A DNA stretch of 63,982 bases, filler included, from Choristocarpus tenellus KU-1152 (lineage: Eukaryota; Protista; Phaeophyceae): the NCBI GenBank assembly GCA_964200185.2. It is 10 parts of 10 records of this genome, joined end to end, with 100 filler letters (N's around TTAATTAATTAA, not from the genome) between each part and the next. Parts side by side here need not be neighbours in the genome. Positions count along the whole stretch, not along the records: positions 1 to 14,860 come from CAXNAD020001103.1; 9 more parts are not named here. The stretch is one strand, 5' to 3'. Below, in pieces: positions 1-11,047 of the stretch. The notes under the pieces are model-generated. The model saw nothing but the letters and a program-made list of their open reading frames with translations, ran no database searches and was not told the origin of the DNA. The translations under genes and the position numbers were made by a program. The stretch's first letter is position 1; each line of letters opens with the position of its first letter.

Positions 1-40
1 CACTGTCATGGTTCATGCTGCTGTGTGGGTCACCCATGTA

Positions 41-221
41 GACCCAAAGTATCTGGGGGTGGGGGGAGGTCTGCCCCAGGGTGTCCATGTGGGGCATAAC
101 CAGGAAAAGTGTCTTTACATTATCCATCTGACGTACGCAACCAAATCACCTAAAAAAAAGTGACATAAAAATATTGGGTCGAAATGGGCAGGCGCCACCC
201 CCCCCCCAGATACTTTGAGCC
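41..221. mobile_element. MITE family B, full-length copy (TIR GACCCAAAGTATCTGGGGG, 3-bp TSD GTA)
   Basis: Left end GACCCAAAGTATCTGGGGG at 41; right end CCCCCAGATACTTTGAGCC ending at 221; GTA on both flanks. The same left end recurs at 39355, 50651 and 54091. Confidence 0.8.
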
Positions 222-797
222 GTATGTACTCACAGCCTGTCTGCAAATGGCACTAAACGATATCCGAAAATCTCGTTTTTTATTTTTATATTGCCACACA
301 CGCCATACTTGGGTAGGGGTCTAACCCACATCAAGATTTTGCGGGGAGTTCAGCCAACCACTTCATTTTTGTACCTTTTTGAAGTTATGACCATCAAATT
401 TGTGCTGGAGATGTTCCTCCCCTTCGCGTTCACCGAAATTTGTACATTCATGGATACAAACCTTCAAAATCTTGACATAAGCTTTCATTTGATATTGTAT
501 AATTCTTGTCGCAAGACGTAAAGTGCAAATAAGACAAGGTTGGTCTAGAATGCTAACCTACTATTAGTACTACTTTGTCAATGAATGACCTATTTTGGAG
601 TATAATATCCATCCATATATCCTGTATTCAACCGGTACCACCTCAATATCCATCTAACACATGATAAGAGATTTCCTTTACGAAATATAGTGTTGGCATT
701 CACCTCTAAGATCAGACTGGTCTTGATTTTTTTGAAAAGGTTGCCTAACAAGTTAAACTACTATGACCATATCGAATGAAAGCTCTTGATCTAACCT

Positions 798-1290
798 ATC
801 GATTTCGGGAAAGGAATTCTTTAGGAAAATTGTTTTGTAAGGTTAAATTTTAACGGAATGTTTTCGGCGCGACCTTGAAAATGTTTCGGAATGAATTATT
901 ACGACCAAAATATTTTTCCGAAAGAATTCCTTTGCATAAATCGATAACCTAGATCCACAGTTAGTTTTCGTTTGATATGCTGATCTATTTATATTATTAT
1001 GCCCTCTGACATTTTGGAGATGTGTCAGGGGAGAAACCAATGAAAAACATACATACTGTCAGCATAAGCACTATAGAAATAAAATGTCATAAATGTGAAA
1101 AACCTTGATCCATTTGTTACTTCACCACTATGTATATTATTATGCCCTCTGACATTCTGCAGATGTGTCAGGGGGAGAATAAATGAAAACTATACATATG
1201 TCAGTATAAGTCCTAAAGAAAAAAAATTCATAAATGTGAAAACACTATAAAACACTGTGTGAAAACCGCTAATCAGTACTTGACCACTAT
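798..1290 (-). repeat. Hairpin-rich repeat next to the 3' end of the CRE-like element (two ~145-bp tandem units plus an inverted repeat)
   Basis: TATTATTATGCCCTCTGACATT..AGATGTGTCAGGGG...AAATGTGAAAA occurs at ~990 and ~1135. An inverted repeat lies at 798-945 (AAAGGAATTCTTT/AAAGAATTCCTTT). Homologous sequence is at 52590-52930 and, more degenerate, at ~16265-16320. Confidence 0.65.
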
Positions 1291-1888
1291 CAATGTTGTA
1301 CCACTGCCGTCCTGTGCTTCCCATCCTACCTACTCCTGCGCCCCGGGGGGGGAACTAGTGAGGCATCCCAAGAATCCAACAAACCCTCCATGCCCATCTC
1401 CCTGGTGACTCTGGTTTAAAGCGCATGACAGGTCTAGACAATGCCACTTACATAGTCGCCGAGACAATTTGGCGTAACCGGGATTTAACTATTCCTTTCC
1501 TGCAATATCCTCCCACTCCTCTCCTCTCCCCCCTACCATGCGAGTAGCCAGCTCAACCAGGAAGCATTTCACTTGCTTGCCAAGGCGCCCAAAACTTCCC
1601 ACCATGAAGGTGTTGGGGTTATAACTATGAGGATCATAGGAATCCTCGTAGTGGGTGCGCTTTTGTGCCTCGGCTGCAGCAGCAGCTACACCATTGCTAG
1701 TGGATGAGTGGGTTACTTGGGAGGTTGCCTGTACCTCTGCGAAGTTGATGTCTAGCCGAAGACCTTTGTCCCCCAGTAGGGAGCTGTTCCAGCGTCCGTT
1801 AATGCCCCTGCGTGGAACTCCAGATCCATGTGGAGATTCCTGTACACTGTGAAAGGGCTACCGTCCTCCGAAGTGCAAGGGATGCCAT
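1290..1888 (-). mobile_element. 5'-truncated, degenerate RLE-type (CRE-like) non-LTR retrotransposon, copy 1
   Basis: The minus strand encodes, with frameshifts, ...PFTVYRNLHMDL...LDINFAEVQA...AAAAEAQKRTHYEDSYDPHSYNPNTFMVGSFGRLGKQ...ELATR...RQIVSATM. It is clearly homologous to 52930-53500 and has a restriction-like endonuclease C-terminus (RxD...D...AExxK...FxxExxGxLG). Confidence 0.75.
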
Positions 1889-2745
1889 ACTTCACCACTA
1901 TGTTGTACTACTGCCCTCCTGTGTCTCCAATCTACCATGCTGATCGTTGATTAACTCGTTGGGTAACCTTTAAAAAAAATCAAGATTGGTAACCACCAAA
2001 ACGGTATGTGGGCGGACCTCGGCTTAATACTGTTTAAGCCATTCACAGGACACTGTGATGCCCAATGACCTCCAAGTTGTCGCCTGTCCCTCACAGGACA
2101 CTGTGAATTGAACCTGATAAAGATGGTCGGGGGGCGGGCGAAGCACAATGTACAAGGTCACTGTGACTACACGTTGCCTGGAATGAGAGGCAATAGTACT
2201 TACTGTCAGCCTTATTAAGGAGGAATTGCTTACCACCTGATATATTCCAATAATGAGAAAGGCATGTAGAGCACCAAATTGCCTCTTCTCGCGCGCCGCG
2301 TGGCAATCACGCGCGAACTACTTGATTTTAGTATGTTCTTGTATTTCTCACGATTAGTGGAAGTTGACCAACCGAGACCCATTGTGCATGCTGATGCGAT
2401 TACAACAAATGAATTTTCATAAAAAAAATTGTTGTTGATGAGAAGTAGAAGTTATGCCACGACAAAGTTGATACAGGAGGTGATTGCCAACACTGTGGGC
2501 TTTCACCAATCACAAGAATCCATTTCAAAGCAAAAGTATATAAAGTAATCCCGTTTTGCCTTTTCGGTTCCTAGCTCATCTCCTCTCTTATACTATTCAC
2601 CTGATTCTGACAAAAAAATGAAAAATGGGTAACTTTGGAGTTGTGAAGAATGTAGCTAGTGTGTTGTACTCCCCCCTCCCTAACACACCCATACACATAC
2701 AGTAATAGCAGTCTTGATTGTGCTTGCTGTGACTCTTGGAAAAGA

Positions 2746-5700
2746 ATGCAGGGACGAATTTGCGTCCAAGCTCTCTCCAGAGGTCGATATTCAACTCCTG
2801 CTTCGCGGCTTCAACCTCTTATCCAGCTGCGGCATTGTAAGACGTATATATATTAGGAACACCAGTTTTACCCTCTGTGTTGATTTCGTCGTTATGGACG
2901 TATAATTACTGTGAGAAATTAGGCGAACAATTCGCCATTTTTTCAATACAGTGCTTTATAATTTGGACGACAGTTGAAGGCGAAGCTCCAAGTGTATTTG
3001 TCTTAGTTGAGGCTATGGTTTAATCTAATTTTCGCCACTTCCTATGCCAAGTCAGGCAAGCGACTCACCGCCGCCTTATTTTATTGACTGAAACGATTAA
3101 GGTACGACTAGGACTGGGGATTGGGAGGCCTATCTGTCAAGGGGGAATGTTGGGGTTCCTGCCATTTCGATCGAAGGGCATCGTGGACAGTTGTCGCTAC
3201 GCTGGAATGATGGTCACACAAGTGAATTCTCTGCAAGGTAAGGTGATACGCCTTGCATATTTCTCTCGTGTCTTTATGCTTTTTAATTTGAGTTTCATTC
3301 CTTTTTCACGCAAAATATATCGAACACGCTGGGGTTCCTCACCAATAGTATGCCCAAGGACCAAGAAGAGTCTTTTTATCGTTGTGGTAGATGACCTCTA
3401 CAACAGAACACACGGATTTCTTTCTGTCTCATACCTTACCCGATTTTGCTTTTTCGTCTATGACGTTTTCTCACTAAGTACGACGCCTTTTCTGATCATT
3501 GAATAGGTGGCTCAAGGATCACTGTCCTGGTGAAGTGAATCCCATCACACGGCAGCGACAGGTAACATGTAGAAACCCTGTAACTTGGACGTACCTACTT
3601 ATTGGATACGTCCTTCAATATTTTCTAGCTTTCATCTCGATAATTTAAGACCGCGACTAAGAATCCAAGGAAGAGCATCTAACACAGATCTTGCCCGTTC
3701 AGACCAGCATCTTTTCCTATCGAATATCTCGTTCTACGTTGTGACTGCATGCAGGTGGACACATACTCTATACCGGATGAGCTTAGAATTAAGCATGCTG
3801 AAGTTACTGAAGCAACGAAGATGGTGGACCATCAAGATATGGGCCAGCAGGAAGTCCGAGTAGTCTGGGAAGGCGCGCAAGGTGGTGAACAAGATGCGCC
3901 AGGCCATGTTATATTAGAAGGTTGTGGAGAGTCTGTGTATCCTTTGCAATGGTTACGTGAACATTGCACATCCAGCACTGCACGGTCTCTCCGCTCTGAC
4001 TATGAGAGCCTTGGGGCCGCTTCTCCACGTTACACGTGGGGATCTAATGTCTTCACTAGGCCAGATGCACCGGTTGTACAGTACGAAGACATCATGTCCT
4101 TGCACCCAGAAAATGGGGTTACTTCTCCATCTCCTTCTGCAGCCATGGCAGAGGCCATCCGACATCTCCGAGTCTTTGGTGTTCTGCTTGTGAAGGGGAC
4201 TCCTCCAACTGAAGCTGGGGCAGAGGCGTTTGCAAAGCGTTTAGGCTTTGTACGTCACACCCTCTATGGGGGTATGTGGGCAACAACGGCAGAGGGAGGG
4301 GAGGAGGAACACAGGGATACAGCTTACACTAATGTTGGCCTTCCTTCCCATACTGACTGCACTTACCTGATAGATCCCCCAGGCCTGCAGGTAGGTTCAA
4401 TTCCTTGCTCTGCTGAACTGAAGCCCCTTCCTGTGCACAAGTTGGTAGCAGGTTGGATCCAATACTGTAGGGTTGATGAGAACTCCAATTTCCATCAATA
4501 TGGCACCTGGTGAGACACGCCACTGATTTTTTTTTATCAAGGTTTTTGTATAACCATTGAAATAGGTCAGGTAGCCAGTAACAGGCTAACAATACCAGTT
4601 ACCGTACCTTGCTGATCTGTCGCAACTGTTTTAGATGTAATGTACAGCTCTGCCTTTATTTACAGTATGTTTGGTGCTTTGTTCTTTTCCAACTTCTTAC
4701 TAATGAAGTTGTGAACCCGCCATTCACAGTGCAAGATACCTTGTTAACTTGGGGGAATATCTTAGCCAATGTCTGTTGAAATGCCCTTAGGTAAACCCTT
4801 CAGTGCTCTTGTTGTTTGGTTTTGAAGAATTATTTTGGTTGGATGGTTAGTTTCCCTTCGGTTTCTTGTTTTGATGAATCCTCTCCTGCTACTCTATTCA
4901 GATCTTTTGCTGCGTTGCTGCTGCTACAGTCGGAGGAGAAAGCACCTATGTTGATGGCTTGGCTGTGGGAGAACGCCTGAGGACAGAGAATCCTGAAGCC
5001 TTTGAATATTTCACCAGGACACTTCTGCAGTATCAGTGCTTCGACAATGGTTGCCACTATCAGGCGGAAGGTCCAGTGTTTCAACTAGGGCGGCAAGGAC
5101 ACATCATGCAGGTAAGACAGGCAGTTGGGGGTTGCTCTATCATTATGGCAAGTATTAAAACACACTGAATGGGTTGTTGTGTTATGGGGTACTTGCTGTA
5201 GTCAGATTCTTGCCCAACGGTACATTAAAAAGGTGTGAAGACTGTTCCCAAGATGTGCCATTTATTTTGATGTATGAGTAGTTTACAGTAAATTATCTTT
5301 GTTTGGAGTGCAATATATTTATCGCCATCCCTGATCAGTTTACCTGACCTGTACATGGAAGGTTTTTGCTGTCTTTTCACGACTGAATTTGATAGAACGA
5401 TTGAGAGTTGTTTTAGTGTTTCTCAACTTTACAGAATGAATGTACTTGATGAGAAAACATCTGTATCTTTTATTTGACACAATGTTCAGCGAGGAGCATT
5501 GTGGAAGAAGCACACTATTTTTTGATGTCTGTGCTACAGATAGGTGATCCTTGAGTTATGTTGAAGATTAATTTGCATGCATTGACTTGCATACATGGGT
5601 AGGCACTCCACATTTCTCCTGACAACCTTGTCAACGTTTCATGCTTTTTGCTTGTGTTTCAAGGTACGGCACAATGACTCTGACCGAGCTCCCATGGACC

Positions 5701-7025
5701 ACCTGTCTAATCTTGAATCAGAGGAATTCTATGCTCACCACAAGTCATTGACAGCAATCATAAGGTAGGCCTCAGCCAACAGAACCGTTCTCCAGTGTGG
5801 TGATGACAGAACTTGCTCATTACACATACAGTTAATTGTTGCTGAATCATCAAGTTGGGTCTTGTTCCCAATTTGATTGAGGTTAGGGTTAGGGTGAGTT
5901 TGATTGCTTGTACCATGATGCAATTGCAGGGAGAGGAATGCTCACATTTTGAAACAGCGCAAGGTTTGCAAGGAGGCCATTAATTGTGAGACTTCAGCAA
6001 GGGTGTACCTTTTATTTGCACAATATTTCATGAGTCCTATCCTCCACACCTCATCTCCATGTGGATGTTTTTTTCCCCGATTTTGTGCTGATCTGAGACA
6101 GAGATCCTGGCATGGTGGCACACTTGCTTCTCCAGCCGGGGGACATGGCTGTGTGTGATAACCAACGTGTTATGCATGGGAGGACACCCTTCGAGGTGAA
6201 GACCAACTCACAACAATCAGATATCTATTTTCGTTTTCACAACATGCAATGCTAACTACCGGGGTGAGAAGTTTGGCATCCCTGGCAGAATTTGGTGCTG
6301 AGGGTACCTCTCATCCATTGTTAGGAAAAAGTGTGGAAATGTTCTGCATGTTGTGACATCCAGATCTAGTTCTCTTTTGCAGGACTAGTGTGCAGAATAC
6401 AGTATGAGTAGGATGAGTAGGAAGGAGGTTTGGTTTAGTGGAATGGAAGACTGTCCTTGCTGGAGCATTTGCTCTTGCCTGTGTGTTGCATGTGATAAAA
6501 TAATTGCATTGGATAGCGGCATTACTAGAGTTTGCAAAGGTTGCTTGTAGCACTTTCCTTCAAACCTATCTTTTATCTTCGATGTGTCCACTTGCTTGCA
6601 TTATGTTCAACGGTCCCTGTTGTGGCGTTGCTTTTGTGGGCTGAAAATGCAAAGTTCCTCGCTGCATCCGAAGTTACGTTTGGCTTGTAAGCAATAGAAA
6701 CTGGGGTGAAATGGGATGTTGGAAAATCCAGTGTGTGTAGGTTGTAGCTCAACCTTTGGTCTGGCAATAATACTTAACTAGCCAATCTCATGACCTTACT
6801 TATGCTTGTGCTTACCTTCAAAGACTGGTCATGGGCCTTAACATATGCACTCCGTGGTGTGTTCATGCTCTGGTGTTGCTCTCTTGTGATTTTTGGTGGA
6901 TATGCTTTTGACGTCTGAAATGTTGACTGGGACACCTGTGGCTGTTACAGGGGAGGAGGAGGATGGTGGGCTGCTATGTGGGCCGAGATGAACTTGAATC
7001 AGCAGCAAGAGTGCATGGAGTGTGA
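2746..7025 (+). CDS. Trimethyllysine dioxygenase / gamma-butyrobetaine hydroxylase family 2OG-Fe(II) dioxygenase (TauD-like), 8 exons
   Basis: Exons ~2746-2836, ~3102-3237, ~3507-3561, 3755-4390, 4902-5111, 5664-5764, 6103-6195, 6951-7025, all GT-AG. Motifs: WNDGHTSEF..WLKDHC (GBBH N-domain), DTAYTNVGLPSHTDCTYLIDPPGLQ (HxD), GGESTYVDG, VRHNDSDR, DNQRVMHGR, RMVGCY. The Arg/Ser-rich N-terminus resembles a mitochondrial transit peptide. Looks closer to TMLHE but not resolved. Confidence 0.9.
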
Positions 7026-8951
7026 TACTTCAGCTTTGCAGACCTTGTAATGGTGTTATTTCCAGAAGATACCTTGAAATTTTTTTTGAGTGGAAATAGA
7101 CTCCAAGAGTTGTCCTGTAAAAGATGCCTTACACAGGTGAGGGACTCGGGGTATTATTGTGGACAAATTTCTTTGATTGAGGTTACTCAATCCGAGATCG
7201 TCCAAAGACAAACCGGTTTGCTCTGGAAATAGGACTTGTTATGGACGACATCCGACGCAGAGGAAATGGAGACCAAGCTATTGTCCTAGACAAGTCACAT
7301 TGTAGAGAAGAACTTTTTAGCTTTGTCAAGAAACAAGTGCATTGTGTTTTAAGAAATATATTCAGAACTAGACTGATAGTTGCACTCTATAGAGGAAATT
7401 AACTGAAGTATGAAAGGGAAATATTAAAGTTGAGTGTATTGTCTTAGGTAGCTTTGGTGAAGGACACGTTTATGTCCTGGATGAATGGGTTAGGGTTAGT
7501 TAGCATCTGTCTAATGCTGAGCCGATGAAGAGGTTTTCAATGACAGGAGTGCTTTCTGTTTATTCAACATTTAATATTTTCCTGTATCATGATGGATTGA
7601 CTATTGTCAGTTTGCACCAGAAGTAAAAGGTGTTGTCAGCACTAGGAAGTACTTTACAGTACTTCCTCCTTCAGTATGGATTTGAACGATTTGTGAGATT
7701 GCTTTTTATACAGCATTGGGGAGGCAGTTGTTCCGGTTTTGTAGCGGGCATCATAAAATAGGTAAACTAGTCAGATTTCACTGGCATCTCTGGGTAACCT
7801 CTTAGTGGGTTTTGCAGGACCCCTGCAAAAGATAATGGATAATCTGATACCATCTTGTGGATACTTGACTTGTCCTGTAACCAGTTTGAACTGATGCTGC
7901 TTAACAGAGGAAGCGTATGTATGTTTGTGGCTTGCTACCTTCATATTTCAATGTCATCTTTTGGGATTATTTTGCAGCATCAGCAGAGACATACCATGGT
8001 TCCACCAAGAGCTATTTTTTTTTCCTTTGTTGGAATCAGCTCCAATAACGAGAGGGCTGATGATATGCCTGGAGAAGGCATTCTATTCGTGCTCTCTTAG
8101 CTTAGGGTTAGGGTTGGGGCGAGGACAACACAATATTTCAGAAAGGAGGCAGAACAAGAAGTGGTGGGATGGTCCAACCGAACACCCAAGGAGCATGGCG
8201 TGAATGGATGCAGTGCAATTGCCTATGTGCAACAATAGTAGGTCTTGTATGAAGTGCCTCTGACTGCTCATCAGGAGAGTGCCATGTTTTTAGTGAGGAT
8301 AGTAGTTGGCGTATCAATGCGATAGGTCATTCTGTTGATAACATAGGATTGCCATGTGTACCACTTGTTCATATGAGATTGTGCCTGACACATTCACCAA
8401 ATTAATTGTTTTAGGTTTTGGATTTAACCCTTTGTGGAAACTTCTCATCTTGCAAGATAAAGCTGAGATCACAATTCTGAAAAGTGGTGGCCATTGCCAA
8501 TTTTTGTTCTATACTCTATCACAATGTTACTCTGTTCCCACTTTAAAACAAAAAAGAGGTAGTGGACAAACCAAGATGGTTCATTCATAGTCCATGCCAG
8601 GGGCATTGGTATAGACAATACCCAAAACAAAGTACAAACTGTATTTGAAGCATCACAACTTAAAAAAAGCTTCATACTGATCCTCGTGATGATGTCGACA
8701 ACTGTGGTGCAAAAGGGGTGAGGACTGCCACAGGTCACTCCAGTTCAGAGGAAGGGGGGTATGTTTAACTTGTCACTACTGTATCTTGATAAAAGAGTGT
8801 CTACTCCACGTGAATATAGCTGGAAGTGAAAGTATAAGCATAAGCAAACTTAAAGGGTTGGGAAAGGAATGGAACAACAAAAAAAGTTCTACTGCATCAA
8901 AGCACTTGGTGGCCTACTTACTGGGACAGCTTAAGCATTACCTCTACAGTT

Positions 8952-10453
8952 TTACTCAAAAAGACGCTTGGTCATGCTTTTGGTTCCCATGCTCAAAGTC
9001 CTCAACAAAGTTTTTGAAAAAGAAAACCCTTGTTCTTCTGCGTGATATTCTTCAAAACCGCTGGAGGTATACAGAGCTGCAGCAGCAATATTGTCTCGAT
9101 CAACTTCAAGAAAAAGTTCCCTTGCCTTGCTTTTCCTTGCAAAAAATTCTGCTTCTCCTAACAGCTTCTTGGCTACACCACATCGCCGCCATTCTGGAAG
9201 GACAAACATGTTCCTGAGAAACAAACGCCTCACTGGGTTTTGGGGACCTTTCCCTTCTCCTTTCAGCTTCCCCGACTTCATATCCGATATCCACACTCCA
9301 GCCTGCCCTCCCTTCCCCTTTACTTCTAGGGTGCAGTCCACTACACCGACCAGTTTTTGTCCCTCAAGGGCGACAACCGCAACAGCTTCTCCATTCATAA
9401 GGTCTGAGACCTGCTGTAAAATGCCATGTAGAGGTGGCGATGGCAACAAATTAGTGTCTATATCATCTACTGGACTGCAGCTCCACACAGCTTAAGATAA
9501 CTCTACCCCGTCGATAGATGACGTCTGATTTATTGTGCAGAACTGCACAAGAATTTCAACGGTATACTCACTACAGCTTACTCATGATTCGTTAACAAAT
9601 TACCTCAACAGAAAAAGATGTGAGACTGCAGAAGCTGCAGCCGTGCGCTTCATTAGCTTTCTCATAGCCAGGCTCTCACCGAGGGAGATATTTGATCGGA
9701 TAACTAACTGAAAATTACAGGGAATAACACACAATTTGCATCTTGAGCATGAACAAGCGAATCAAAGGATTCTCGAAAACACAAAATCAAACACATGATT
9801 ATTATGTCCAATGCGCTGTTGCAAACAGAAAATTATCTCCATCTCATGTAAGCCCTTAGTCTAGGGTTCTCAGAGCGACCTATTCGTTCCTTTGGGTGTA
9901 CCGAGGTGAATATATATATATATATACAGTAGAACGCTGAGGAGCTAGGTTTTCGTCACCTTTGTCATCAGAGCCCTACGATTGGCTTCGACAGGATCCT
10001 TGATAACCACCTTGCCTCCCAGGAACCCTGCTGACCCCGTCGTAACGACAGGGTAGGTCAAGCAACGAAGCTCCGCTATCTCCTTGAACTCGGTCGCCTT
10101 CGCTTGCCTTACAGTCAATGCAGGTAGTCCAGCTGCACCGCCACCCGCCCTGATGTGCATCATCCCTCCACCCCCTTTGCATGCATCGCCTCCATGCCAC
10201 CTGAAGCTGCTGAGGATTCAGTAAGGGGGGTGGAAAACATTACGATCATTTCTAACGTCGCAAAGGAGTAAATAGCAAGAGTCGGGTGGTTGAGGACTTG
10301 CAATCTAAGAACTTCGGGCAAGTGAAGGTGTGTCTGTTCATGCCTTTGTAGTGACGTTGAGCAAGGAGCAGAGGCTTGGGGGCTAAAGGAGATCCCAACA
10401 CATAGGAAGGAAATTATAGTCGTACCCAGCATCCAAAAAGAAAGTCGATCCAT
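8952..10453 (-). CDS. GNAT-family N-acetyltransferase with signal peptide (probable bipartite plastid targeting)
   Basis: Exons 10453-~10344 (donor uncertain), ~10201-9960 and 9410-8952. Acetyl-CoA motif LFLRNMFVLPEWRRCGVAKKLL, then LFLEVDRDNIAAAALYTSSGF. Hydrophobic N-terminus followed by GIS-FSP (ASAFAP-like). Confidence 0.85.
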
Positions 10454-10618
10454 CCTCTCCTCCTCTACCCTCACACCTTTCCTCTACAGATAAGACTTCA
10501 AATCAAACACTAATAAAGGATTGTAGGATTTCAAGAAAAACAAGCACGGAGGCGTTTTGTATTTTCACCCCTCGTGAAACCGTTCACGATAAAAAAGATC
10601 AGTTGAGTTGTGGTGTAG

Positions 10619-10648
10619 GAGGCCAATTCGAGGCCAATTCGAGGCCAA
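10619..10648. repeat. Short tandem repeat (GAGGCCAATTC)x2.7 in the divergent GNAT/FN3 intergenic region
   Basis: Direct repeat containing CCAAT, lying between head-to-head start codons at 10453 (-) and 11048 (+). Confidence 0.6.
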
Positions 10649-11047
10649 CAGGGCCTGTGCCCTGTGGATTGGTGAGTTTTGGATGTTATTCATATGATTC
10701 AAGATAGCACACTATCCGTCCACGAAACTCGATACTTCTTTGGTGTCCTATCTCATCGGATACTATTTCTTTCACCGTATTGTTGTATCAACTGAACTTG
10801 AAACAGTAAGTGAACCAAGTACTATACGCAGCATCATGTTATCGCAAAGGATTGCTTGTGTGCCCTCTTCCAAATCCATTACCCAATTTTCCTATAAATG
10901 TTTAACATTCACCCGAACAATATCTGTCTTGCGTTTGCTGCATGGGTAAGGAAGGCGGGATTAAAATTTAAAATTTGAAGGCAATTTTTTGTCCATCAAG
11001 TCAAGGGTGGTTGCAGACTAGTCTTGGTGCGTGGATCAGTGGTGGCG

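Noticed and set aside
240-1290. Hammerhead ribozyme in the retroelement 3' region (which would indicate a Penelope-like element)
   Set aside because: I found no CTGANGA...GAAA core with matching stems by eye; not excluded without a covariance search.
2288-2330. GC-rich hairpin CGCGTG-GCAAT-CACGCG as a Helitron 3' end
   Set aside because: No CTRR terminus at the expected distance and no second copy.
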